A stretch of DNA of 35,884 bases from Rotaria socialis (lineage: Eukaryota): positions 1-35,884 of the forward strand of contig CAJNYD010000380.1 of the NCBI GenBank assembly GCA_905331295.1. The letters are read 5' to 3'. This document shows, piece by piece, positions 23,969-35,412 of this stretch (within the stretch, counting starts at the first letter, position 1; every line of letters begins with the position of its first letter). The notes under the pieces were generated by a model. That model saw nothing but the letters and a program-made list of their open reading frames with translations, was not told the origin of the DNA and ran no database searches. Made by a program: the position numbers and the translations under genes.

Positions 23969-26202
23969 TTTGAAATTCGGTAGAATATTTTAAACTTTAT
24001 TCTTTTGAACTTTTTCGAGACATCGTTCTATTTCTTTTATTAATTTTTGCTTTTGCTGTATCGAGTCGTCGGATTTTATCAAAGAAGTATCAAGCAGAAT
24101 ACTAATTTTGATTGCTCGTTCTTTGCTGAAAAATTTTCCAATGAACATAATCTGCCTTTTGCTTTGCGTGCACGTATTAAATACTTACTACTACACATTC
24201 TGAGAATTAAAGTTAACCTAATTCCGTCCAAGATCAAGTGAAACTGAATCTCACAGTTATCAATCGCTTTACCGCCACTGATTAATGAATTACTGTGTCT
24301 CCTAACTAGAGACTACACTAACTAATGTGTTATTTTTTCAGCACAGATTATTCAAAAAAAAGGCAAGGCCTATCCTTATAGTACCACTACAAACACTAGC
24401 ACCTAGTATATAATCATATGATACGTATATATCAGTGGTCGAATATGCAATAAGATGAATCATTTTATCAGTAAAAAGTAATCGAAATTATGGTTCGTTC
24501 TTTATAATAAACCATTCTTTCTCGTTCATGATAGATGACATAAATGTTATATACATGAAATCCCTTCAGTAATATTGTATTAATTACTCTAATCTTCGTT
24601 ATCTACATGATAGACATTTATTTTAATACCACAATACGAATAAAAATTCCTTCTTTTTCCTATTTAACACTTGGTGAATCTTTTAGCACAGATTTGTTTC
24701 GCTATCATCATCGCGTTGTGTGTGCGTATTCTACCCGACAATTATCAAGTTGATGCGCCAACATTAAATGTATTAATTACAGTTGCTACACACTGTTACA
24801 AACATAATCTATCGATTGATATTATATTTGAGCCAAATGCCAGTTCAAATCAGCGAAAAAATTTCGAAAAACAGTAAAGAGCAAAACTAAATTAAGCAAC
24901 ATGCAAACCCAACGAAATAGCAAACGAGCTAAAGAAACTATGATAGCGGAAGTATATTTACATAAACCAGGAAGAGTACTCGAAAAAAGGGTGAAATTGA
25001 TAAATATTTCTCAATTGACACAAAATGAGAACAATTATATCAATGAAGCGTGGGTTTACAAGAAATTCAAGCACTTCTTTTCAAAATTCAGCGACGAATG
25101 TAGATAATCCATGCAGCAATTCGGTCAGATCAATATCTACTTCTGGATGAAATTTGATCAAAGTTGCATTTCTATTCGAATGACATCGATTTTGTTGATT
25201 CCATTTTTTAGACTATCACTATTTATCTTTCTAATAGTGGAAGAAAAAGATACTTTTTCTCTACGTTAAATAAAGAGAAATTCAGGAGCTTCAATTGCAA
25301 CCAACAAGAGAAGGACAAATCTCGCCATTTTCAGCTTGAATTATGATTTGGTATTCAAAAACAAGTCTCAAATCAAGTCAAGAAGATTGATATATTTTTT
25401 GTAATTTATATCTGCGAGTCTTGGCTACAAAAACATTAGTCATGGAAATAGAGATAACAAAGATCACAGATGGTTACGCATTTCATATTCGTATATTTTG
25501 TGAAACGCGATCTAAAAGAAGTGTTGAAGTATATACCGTCGAATATTGTACTCTGCGCTTTATACTCACGCTACCGACGATGGCAGATGTTTCACTTAAT
25601 TCACCAATATCTAACTTATTATGTTTCTGTCACAGACTCCGGTAGATGCGCTTCAAATTCTGTCTGCCACGATCTGTGGTACTTTGAGCTAGGTGTGTCA
25701 CAATCTATGATGGTTAAAGATCCAGTATTTGATTGTCTAGACTCCGGACTCGTGACGGAACGTCTAATTATGATCACTGATGGTTTTCAAAGTATTCGTC
25801 AATAGCAAGAAAATATGATATCATTAAGCAAATGCATTAACGAACTTCAATAGAATCGTCATCTAACATTTGAGAAACATCCTTTTCGACGCAATTTAAT
25901 ATTTTCAATACCGTTTGAACTGACAATTTCAATAAAACATATATACGTCTTCTTCTATCAACAAAGCTAGTTTCTTCTCTGTTGAAAGTCTTTCAATTTA
26001 CTAAACAGGTTTAAAATAAAACAATTTTATTGGAAAATATCAAACGCACGATATGAAAAACTAATGTATACAAAAAACCCAAGCAGAAGCATAATTCGCA
26101 AGTTATGATGAGTTTTTTTGAAAAAAATTGTATTTTCTATTTATCAAGGATCAATTTAATTAACATACCGGTACATTTCGATAGTTCATACTATTCAGAA
26201 TG

Positions 26203-29200
26203 TCAGAATTTTTGACGATTTAATCTTGATGGATAAAAGCGTTTTCGAACAGATATTATTATATTCCAAAATTCTTGTCTATAAAGAGTGGATGGTAGAA
26301 CGAAAGTTATGAAAATAGAGGCAGCTGGTATAAACGAAAGAAAATAACCGACAAGATAGAACCAAAGTAGGTTAGATGATTTGTTACAATCTAATACAAT
26401 TGAAATGATTAAATAAGGTGATGTTAAAACTACAATAATAGTAGGGCTGATCACAAGATGTTTATATTGTTTAAATTTGATTTTAAAATGCTTCCAAAAG
26501 CTCCGATCAATTTTACTCAGAGCTCGTTGACGAGTAGTTGCTATGATAATGAATGTAGCCGACATTACATTGATGAATAATGGAGCAAAATAATGGAAAA
26601 AAAGCAAAGTGTAAGTATACATTTGCAGCCGTGGTGAATAAATCACGACACACCAACTTCTTTCTTCAGTTTTATCTTCAAATACATGAAGATTGAGTAG
26701 TTGTGGAATGAAAAGACATCCCATGAAAATAGGCAAAACGATAATTACACGTTTAGCAACTCGTTTCATTTCACTTCTGGCAAAATTAGCTCTTTGATAT
26801 ACCGATAATGTTCTTTCTATTGCTACACAAGCATTAAACCAGTTATCTAAGTGTGAAACCATTTTAAGAAGAGTTTCAATGAGCATGCAGTTAACATTGA
26901 TAATTAACTTTTGATTACGTTCACTGAGAACGTCTTGATGAGAGAGGAAAAGAAACCAAAATTTAAGCGTAAATAAAATCATTGTTGATAATGATGTTAT
27001 TGATGATGCGAAAAGATACAATCCACAGCCGACTTTTTGTGTGTTTTTTCTTGAAAAAGTCATTATCGATAAGATACCATTGATTGTGCCTATTATAAAT
27101 ATTATCATTGTAACTATAGCACTTACTTGTACTGTCATAGGTTGTCTAGATATTGGTATCTTATTTTTAAATTCATAACCTAAGATTTCATCTAATGTTG
27201 AACCAAGACCTTTTGCATAGAATTGACATCGATTACCAAAGAAACACTTTGGACACACACAAATCCTTGTCGATGGACAAACTTGATGATCTTGTAAACA
27301 TTGTGCTTCATTTTCACAATAGGTTTTCGATGAACACTGAAAATTGCTATAGCGAATTAATTTCAAACAATTAGCATGATGATCATTAGTGCATAAACAA
27401 AAGAAGCTTTCATCAACGAAACAACTCAAATCATGACGTTTTCCACACAGCTCATAGTAAGCTCCGAATCTCGTATATTGAGGCATTTTTAATATTGTCG
27501 AATTGAATAGTAGATCGCTAAGAATGCATTCTTGTGCAGGACTAATCGACGTTGAGATAAATGTCTTTGGCGAATGTTGCAATATGGCAAGATAATATTT
27601 GTAATTGGCTTGTGCTATCATCATATGAAATGGTTCTGTGATATTGAAAGTGACAGTTTGTTGAAAGAGGGTTAGTTTTCGAATCACAATTGCATTGCTT
27701 GGATTGGACTGATTAGAGAGTGTGAGGAAATAAGCTATGAGATAGGATGGAATCTTGATATCAGTTAGAGAAACGTCGACTTTAGATTTGGAAAATTGAC
27801 ATTTGGATCCATAGAACTGATCTGAACAAATACAAATATAATCCTTTGCAGATGCGCTCATATGAGAAGGTACACAACGGCCATTATTTTGACAAGCATC
27901 GATGGGACACAATGAATCAATTATACATCGTGGACCGAACTTGTATACAGGACATATACATATAGATCGATTTTTTGATGATCCTATACAGATTGAACCA
28001 GAAAAACATAACTCACAGTTCATCGAAATATTGCAGTGAACTCCTGACCATCCAGGAAAGCATCGACAAAAATGCTTGTCTCTGTTTGAATATTTTATAC
28101 ATGAACCATGCTGACAATCACTTGCACAATTCGACGAAGTGTGACTTAGATGACGTGATATCTGTATGGAAACGGCAAGTCGATTCACAGGCAAAAAAAG
28201 AAAATCAATAGGAAAGTACCAGCTTCCAGCATAACTCAGTTTATTTTTCTCGAATATATCAGTACGTACACCATATTTCTTCGAAACATTTTTGGGACGT
28301 GTCGGAAATAATAAATATTGATTCATTTTAGCACTACAGCTTTCCTTTGGAATGTATACAGATTCCTCGTATGCATGTATTTCTTGACGTTCATCATCAT
28401 CATCGATCAACATGCTAACAATAGCATACGTAGCCAGTCTATCGTCGGCTGTCAATCGTAATGTCATACTTATTCGTTGATTTTGATATTGACATAAATT
28501 ACCATAGTAACTAGGTGGACAAATGCACACCTTACCATTGCTATTGTTTTCATTCCAAGTACGAACAATGAGTCCACGGTTGCAATACCATGATTGTGAA
28601 CTGTTTTCAACTTTAATTTCATTGATATTTTCAATAGTATGTAGGCCTACTGGAGATTGAATAGTATGACTGGCAACACTGTCTGTTAGTCGAGGATAAT
28701 TGTTTGAAGAGTGAACGGAAAAAAATGGAGATTCGCGATTTTCACCTTCATTCAATCCACAAAGAATCTCTTCAGCTGCACTATAATTATGGGATGATCT
28801 TTTTTCACAATTGATGGTAAGACTTGAACAAAAATTTTCATCCTCGCCGTCAGGACAATCATTGTGACCATCGCATAACTGAAAGTAGCCAATGCATTCA
28901 TCCCAATATGAGCATCTAAAACTCATGATTTTGCTTTTCGATGCATATGAGCCATGGCATCTCGGTTGTTCACCTGTTAATCCAAGGCAGTCAGCTTCGT
29001 TATCTCTAAAACGTTGCACATCCAAGCAAATCACTGTGTAGTTGAGAGAAGATATGCAAGGATAAGTTTCTGAAGGACACTTGATTCGAGTGCAATTGTT
29101 TTCATCTCTACCATCAGAACATGCTAGATAACCATCACAGCGGGCATAAATATTGTCACACCATTCAGGCCTACACGCGCTCTCCTCACTAGTATCATCT

Positions 29201-30906
29201 CCATTATTATCTTCGAAATAGTGGGTTTCTATGCCATCACAGAAACTCTCAAATGGAACTTCGTCTTCATCCGAAATGTCATCCATTGAACAAGTGGTGG
29301 ATTCCGATGCATAAGACCAACAATTATTTGTATCTTTACATCTGACTCGATGAGTATGATTAAGTAGACAACTATTCTCGTATCTCTCGTCGGCACGATC
29401 TCTACAGTCTGATTCCATATCCATGATACGATGCTTCGACATTAACTTCGGTGAGTTTGGGCAGTTGTATAATAATGGATGATCACTATAATTTGCTTTT
29501 CCGTCAGAGATACCACGGAAGTTCATGCATGGACGAAAATAGAATCCCATATACTGAATTATATACGGGCCATCATACATAAAGATAGAAGTATTAAATA
29601 CATCTGTGACATTCTTAAGACAAGTGAGATTTCCATGGATTAATTGAGGTTCGAGGAAATCACATAAGTGTTGATCAAAGCAAATATAATCGGGTAGAAA
29701 ATGCTGGCCCAAATTTGTTCGCGAGTAAGGACTTTTGTAAAAGAAACGAACATGATCAGAATAAACTGGAATAGTAGGGAACTGGAAGAAATAGTCGCAT
29801 TCTTTGAGAAACTCGTAAGTTGAATTACTCGTTTTCCATGTTTCACACAAAGTCCCATTCACATACTTGCCAATTTCAGTCAGACAGACCATAGCAATCC
29901 AACATTTTTCCGTTAGATTACCTTGGGCTGTGATCGCGTTTATAAATAATTTATGACGACCATTATTGCAAACTTTAAATCTACCACAACATTGACCATC
30001 TCCACATGGATACATTGTAGAACTTCTTGTACAAGTATGTTCTTCACACCGAAATGTTGCATATTGAAAGCAATTGCTACTATTGAAGACTTCCATATAT
30101 TGATCAGACTGATCAAGACAATCTGCATCGCCTTCTCCTTGTTCCCAAAGACTAGCATCAATGCACAAGCCATTACGGCAACGAAATTCATTTTCACTGC
30201 ACTCATTCTTTTCCAACTCGAAACATGATTCTTCATCGAGACCGTCATCAAAACAATCAACAACTCCATTGCAAACTTCACGCCAATCAAGACACCAAGG
30301 CTCTCCATTACGATAACATTTCAGAAGAACATAACACGATGTCTGGAATATTACATATGACGCCTCGTCGTATGCCATTTTACTGAGAAACACTGTATCA
30401 ATTATTTGATTGAAAGAAATTCTTTTATCGAAATCGAACGAATATTGACACTTGAGCCCAAACCATGGCTCTGAACAATTGTAGAAATACTTGTTCAATG
30501 ACGATTTCGGTTCATAAAGATAATATTGATATTGCTCAATCACATTGATCGAAACCGACCAAGTAAAAAGTTGCTGTACACTGATATTTGCCACGCTTAA
30601 TTCTTGAAAACTTACGTATTGAGCCTGTGGATTGATAGAATCTTCCAGTACTAATTTCTTTTCATTTGTTGCTGGACGAAAACAGTATGGTATGTGTTCA
30701 ATCGTTACATCTCGTAACTCTTGATAAGCAGGAGTTTCACGGTAAGAATAATAGTCTAAGCAATCAAATTGTAAAACACTATGCATGTTTGTTCGATCCG
30801 TATCATATAGATTGAAACAAGAAGTGACGCTTGTCCATCGAAATAAGACTATTATGAGAAGTTGAAAAGCTATTTTCTTTTTCTCAAAAAACATTCCGCT
30901 GCGCAT
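26203..30906 (-). CDS. Intronless rhodopsin-like 7TM receptor with a large LDL-receptor class A and EGF-repeat ectodomain
   Basis: The single ORF starts at ATG 30906 or 30894, followed by a signal-like segment (IAFQLLIIVLF). It has LDLa repeats (CLDWREVCNGVVDCFDDGLDEESC, CDGYLACSDGRDENNC, CDGHNDCPDGEDENFC) and EGF repeats (CICPPSYYGNLC, CRCFPGWSGVHC, CQNNGRC...CICSDQFYGSKC). Seven C-terminal TM segments follow, with GxxN in TM1 and AIER at the end of TM3. Confidence 0.92.
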   Translation of the reverse strand: MRSGMFFEKKKIAFQLLIIVLFRWTSVTSCFNLYDTDRTNMHSVLQFDCLDYYSYRETPAYQELRDVTIEHIPYCFRPATNEKKLVLEDSINPQAQYVSFQELSVANISVQQLFTWSVSINVIEQYQYYLYEPKSSLNKYFYNCSEPWFGLKCQYSFDFDKRISFNQIIDTVFLSKMAYDEASYVIFQTSCYVLLKCYRNGEPWCLDWREVCNGVVDCFDDGLDEESCFELEKNECSENEFRCRNGLCIDASLWEQGEGDADCLDQSDQYMEVFNSSNCFQYATFRCEEHTCTRSSTMYPCGDGQCCGRFKVCNNGRHKLFINAITAQGNLTEKCWIAMVCLTEIGKYVNGTLCETWKTSNSTYEFLKECDYFFQFPTIPVYSDHVRFFYKSPYSRTNLGQHFLPDYICFDQHLCDFLEPQLIHGNLTCLKNVTDVFNTSIFMYDGPYIIQYMGFYFRPCMNFRGISDGKANYSDHPLLYNCPNSPKLMSKHRIMDMESDCRDRADERYENSCLLNHTHRVRCKDTNNCWSYASESTTCSMDDISDEDEVPFESFCDGIETHYFEDNNGDDTSEESACRPEWCDNIYARCDGYLACSDGRDENNCTRIKCPSETYPCISSLNYTVICLDVQRFRDNEADCLGLTGEQPRCHGSYASKSKIMSFRCSYWDECIGYFQLCDGHNDCPDGEDENFCSSLTINCEKRSSHNYSAAEEILCGLNEGENRESPFFSVHSSNNYPRLTDSVASHTIQSPVGLHTIENINEIKVENSSQSWYCNRGLIVRTWNENNSNGKVCICPPSYYGNLCQYQNQRISMTLRLTADDRLATYAIVSMLIDDDDERQEIHAYEESVYIPKESCSAKMNQYLLFPTRPKNVSKKYGVRTDIFEKNKLSYAGSWYFPIDFLFLPVNRLAVSIQISRHLSHTSSNCASDCQHGSCIKYSNRDKHFCRCFPGWSGVHCNISMNCELCFSGSICIGSSKNRSICICPVYKFGPRCIIDSLCPIDACQNNGRCVPSHMSASAKDYICICSDQFYGSKCQFSKSKVDVSLTDIKIPSYLIAYFLTLSNQSNPSNAIVIRKLTLFQQTVTFNITEPFHMMIAQANYKYYLAILQHSPKTFISTSISPAQECILSDLLFNSTILKMPQYTRFGAYYELCGKRHDLSCFVDESFFCLCTNDHHANCLKLIRYSNFQCSSKTYCENEAQCLQDHQVCPSTRICVCPKCFFGNRCQFYAKGLGSTLDEILGYEFKNKIPISRQPMTVQVSAIVTMIIFIIGTINGILSIMTFSRKNTQKVGCGLYLFASSITSLSTMILFTLKFWFLFLSHQDVLSERNQKLIINVNCMLIETLLKMVSHLDNWFNACVAIERTLSVYQRANFARSEMKRVAKRVIIVLPIFMGCLFIPQLLNLHVFEDKTEERSWCVVIYSPRLQMYTYTLLFFHYFAPLFINVMSATFIIIATTRQRALSKIDRSFWKHFKIKFKQYKHLVISPTIIVVLTSPYLIISIVLDCNKSSNLLWFYLVGYFLSFIPAASIFITFVLPSTLYRQEFWNIIISVRKRFYPSRLNRQKF

Positions 30907-31277
30907 TGATTGAGTTATAATTTTATTTCCGTCAATATCAATCTCCAAGATTGTGCATAACGCAGCGAATTTCAGGTTAATTTATGTCAATAAGAGGGAG
31001 CGATTTTCTACATAAAATATCTACGTGTACTCAATTAATACCATCAGTGGGTTTTACTATCAGAAATGGAGAGAAAAACACGTTCAAATAACTAACAAAC
31101 ATGTTCAAATAGTATTGATACTTTCATGGCAACACAGAGCTAAGCATATTATTGAAAACAAAGTTAATTATTGATTATTTATCTCTATATTTACATTCTG
31201 TGATGTGTTATTAGCTTCAAGAAAAATGAATAAAAATCAGGAAGTTAAAGATACGTGACGGATATTGAACAGAATTA

Positions 31278-31570
31278 CACCGTAAAAAAAAGCGCTGAAT
31301 AATCAACGCTTGGCCTTGATTTTTTGTGGCTCACAAACCCGTCAAGGGTTTATTCTCAAGGCATAAACCCTTTGAGGGGTTCATGGACAGGAGGGTTTTT
31401 GACCGAAGAGGTACATTCATTTTCAAAGGGCTTATAAAAATTTCTAAAGGGTTGTTTATCCTTTATTTTAACCTAAAGAGTTTATTATTATCCGTTTATA
31501 TAAGAACTATTTTTGATAATACTACTAAGGGAGATAGGTTAATGTGCGGTACTCTCGGAAAAGGTTTATT
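31278..31570 (+). mobile_element. Probable truncated CACTA/EnSpm-like left end
   Basis: TA is followed by caccgtaaaaaaa, resembling CAC-type animal CACTA termini, then repeated aaaccc/aagggtt subterminal motifs. No matching right end was found. Confidence 0.4.
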
Positions 31571-33197
31571 ATTCTACGACAAATGCAGTTTTGTGTACAA
31601 TATACAAATCAATTCTATAATCAGTAGCTTTTACACCGGAGCAGAAACAACTTTCTTTTGCAGAACTTATAAGAATCTTTCAACTTCTTCAAACGTTTCT
31701 AAATCATGAAAGATAGAGTTCCTCGGGAGCGAAATGGAAGAAGAATAATCCTATGATTGTTATAAATAGTTAAACTATTTACTGATTACATCAATAGAGT
31801 GCCTCACATTTACGTTCTTAGATGAATACCAAGGAACTAGATTTATTCAATTATTACTGTTAATTTTTCTTCACTGAATAAAGTCTGATATAAAATTGAA
31901 GAGACTATTTTAATTTTATATATTTATCTATATGAAAGCATATCAGAAAAGTTTATTTAGAGATGTCCTTTTCAACAAAATCTATCGACACAATACTCAT
32001 ATACGATCAACGCCCGTCTAATCTAATTGATATTTTGTGTTTATTTAGATGTATTCATGACGGCTCACAAAATGGTACTAAGAATCTTATTTATTGCTTA
32101 TAACTTCAAATGATTTTCGCTTTAAAAACAAGAATAACCAGATAAGGATAATTTTTAATTTTATATTACGTATTCTCCATCAATATCCTATTGCACTAAT
32201 GTGCAACATTTAAAACGTTTGGTTTGCTTATTTTGTTTTCTTTTCTACTTATGCATCTACTTTTACAAAGAGCAACGCAGTCACATGTTCATGTTTCCAT
32301 CAATGTATCTCTTATATACAATTATTTATTTTTCATCCAGCTTTTTTTTTTATCTATCTTAGTACACAAAAATCATGATTCTTCACAATGATATAAAACA
32401 TGTTGGTTTTAAACAACATCCCAAGTAATTCCTATTTTTTGAAATAAATCAATGAATAAGTGTTAGGATTTTGTTATAAATATTCGTTTATTTATTTTAT
32501 AACAGAAGTAACAAAAACGAAACGGTAATTGATGATAACGATAACGACAATAAACGAACGGCATAGTCGCTCCGCTTGTCACGGTAACGACTCGATAGCT
32601 TCACATTTCTCTTCTCTCTGTTCTCTTCTGTATATACTAGATTATCGATTCATATTTATATATACTTCGAAGACGAATAAAAAAGAAAGAGACAAAGGGA
32701 AATAGCATAGAGGTTATTGGGACGATAGATACCGTCCCATAACAATAAGTATAACCGTGAGCTACTCAACATCAATCTTGTGTGCTCTGGTAATGCATTA
32801 CATTTTTTTCTCATCTCTTATTTTCTTTTCTTTTTCTAGCTGTTCAAACATTATACAACACAATTATCATATTTCAATTAATCGATTCTATCATTACGAA
32901 TTCATTGTTGCATTGAAATAGAAATATATGATTGATTTGAGTACGCTTGTTATTCAATGCAAAAATTCATTTAATTCATATGTCCAGCACGATCATTCTT
33001 TTTTCTCCGCCTGCTATTTTCTGTTCTAGAACGACGATCATGATGTTACATGATCATATAAAACACATTCTTTCTTAATGAAAATTTCAACTCACTCTTA
33101 TTTCTTGAGAACGAATCAAAAGATTGAGCATGCTTTTCTTATGCTATCTCATTCACTCCCTGTTATTCTTTTCAATGTTATTGATTCACCGGTATTC

Positions 33198-33520
33198 CAA
33201 GTGAGCAAAAGACTGGTTAAATGACTAGTCTTTTTTCTAGTCAAGTCGACCCATCCCGTCTAGTCTTTGTCTCAAAATCTACTCGTCCACGACTACTCGG
33301 AGTGTTTTGGTTCAGTGGAATCTGGACACGGGAATTTCGACATCGGAACTTTGACAATGTCCAATTTCCAGTGGAATTTCGTCAAAATGCCCAACCGCAC
33401 CGGAAATTGGACAAAATTGTCGAGTTTCCGAATTCGTCGAAATTCTTCAGCAATTACGACAATATCAATTTTTGCTGAGGATTTTATTGTCCAATATCCG
33501 ACAGAATTTGGACAATATAC
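33198..33520. repeat. Degenerate MITE-like repeat(s)
   Basis: Short motifs recur in both orientations (gactagtc/ctagtc, tgtccaa/ttggaca, gaatttcg/cgaaattc). The termini are unclear. Confidence 0.45.
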
Positions 33521-33772
33521 ATCATAGTTGGAACTAATATGTTTGGTTGAAATACACATTAACTCGTTTGTCAGTGAATAGAAAGTTAAGAAGGATGTGG
33601 GTGTGGGGTTGCGCGTGTGTTTGACTATTTGTTACTACACATACACATACATCCTCAGGTTAAGAATATCTCATATCTAAAATCATGTTTCTTTCTTTCA
33701 ATTTCTCATGCTCGACTTATTTATATACAAATCGTATTTTTTCTCGCGCTTCTAATACTAAGAAAGAAAAAG

Positions 33773-34210
33773 TTTTGTAGAACTCACATATATTTTCGAA
33801 GAAAATAGCGAGTGTAGGTTTAAAAGCGAGATTTTTGCGGGCCCCTCTCCCCATTACAGACATTAATGAGTTTAAAATTGTGCTTATTAGGAGCTTAACT
33901 AATTAGACTGCTATTTCTTCCTTTTTTAATTACAGACCATAGTAACCAGCTTAGCGTACCATTACAGACTATAGTAACTAGCTTAGGATACCTTTAAAGA
34001 CCATAGAAACTAGTATCTGTCATTGTTAAATATACGAGCTAATAATTAATACTCGATTACAGGCATAAGCAAATAAGCAATGACCTAATCATAGGTTTTG
34101 GAAATCAGAGTAGATTTTTCAGATGAACTATTTTGAATTATTCTAGTAAGCCAAAGGGATATATGTGAGTTCCACATTTTAGTAGCCCCAAAGGGGCTGC
34201 GCTAACAAAC
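33773..34210 (+). mobile_element. Non-autonomous Helentron/DINE-1-like element, copy 2
   Basis: SubTIRs are gtagaactcacata (from 33777) and tatgtgagttccac (34162-34175). A perfect hairpin agcccc-aaa-ggggct (34184-34198) is followed by gcgctaacaaac and a T run. There is a central tandem repeat of about 32 bp (attacagaccatagtaaccagcttagcgtacc, about 2.7 copies). The first 65 or so nt are near-identical to the reverse complement of 1120-1188. Confidence 0.75.
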
Positions 34211-34310
34211 TTTTTCTTTTGTACCACACGAAAATAATTACAATTACATACAATATTTACAAAAAGTTAACACATTTTTGACTGCTCCTTGGAAAAAAAA
34301 TATTCGAGTT

Positions 34311-34537
34311 CTCAGATGCCGGAAACGGAGGGAACCGACTGGATTCCAATAACAGAGTACTAAAGGGTCCGACAATCGGGTTTCATCGGATTCGCTAATC
34401 GGCATAAGGCCGAAGTTACGAGTATTAACTTATATCCGATTGAATTCCGATAATCGGAAGCATGTCCGATGCAATCAACGGAATTCATGACATTGAAACA
34501 CATTCGATAGAATCCGATTGCCGACTTTTGACTTGGG
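34311..34537. repeat. Degenerate MITE-like repeat ending in cttggg
   Basis: It is dense in tccga/tcgga motifs in both orientations. The right end cttggg resembles the other CCC...GGG elements, while the left end is uncertain. Confidence 0.4.
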
Positions 34538-35412
34538 ATTTTATTATCCATTTTCTACTGAAACTTTGTAGGCTGACGAATATGCTTGCTGTGTTGCATT
34601 CAGTTTATGTTAAAATTATGTGGAATTTTATCGGTGCTATCATTTGTTTTGCTAGAAGAACAAGCAGTGAGTCTACCTTACTCAATCATGTGGTGAAAGA
34701 GATACCATTTTTGCGGCCATGTCTGCATCAGCAAAACTATAAAATAGATGAATGAATGCGACGATTGAAAAGCACCTAGAGAGTAGCTCCACTGCTCCAT
34801 CGAGAAATCAGCCTATTCGGATGTGAGTGTCGTACGTAAGCATTTCAAAAGCAATACCACGTATTACTTTCATCGATGCCCTTTTGAGTGCATATATACA
34901 AACAAATGCGTTCAAATTAGTATGGATTCATGCTGGTAAACGATTGTATTGTGAGTTGCGTCATTTTTTGATTGCCCAAGAAAAATAATCATATGTGAAG
35001 CACGTATGAACGCGCCAACAGCAACTGCGAACAAATAGATTTCGAAAAGAACGGAAAATGCCAGGTTAGTTACTAAAAAATAGTGCCTCAAATGAAAACC
35101 ATGAGTCACATACAATAACAATGGCAATGAATCATTACTAAACATCAACAATTGAATATATTCAAGGGGACACTTCGTTGAAATTGCCTTGCATCATTTA
35201 GCTTTTCACTAAAATGTACATTCACTACTATGCATATCAAGTTTCGACTCAAAAATTCTTTTCCCTCAATAGCCCTCATATTCACACAGCCAAATCGAAT
35301 GTTTAGATGCTTATTTCAATAAAATATTGTCTTTATTCTTTTAACGAAGCAAAACATTAACCATCTTTTTTAAACTTGTCAACTGAATTGAAAGAGCGGC
35401 ACAGGTTGATCA

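Noticed and set aside
33929..34015. 32-bp direct repeats resembling a CRISPR array
   Set aside because: The repeats are adjacent with no spacers, lie in eukaryotic DNA and form the central tandem repeat of the Helentron-like element.
34780..35151. 79-aa hydrophobic minus-strand ORF as a second defensin or GPCR remnant
   Set aside because: It has no Cys framework, no clear signal peptide and no recognisable family motifs.
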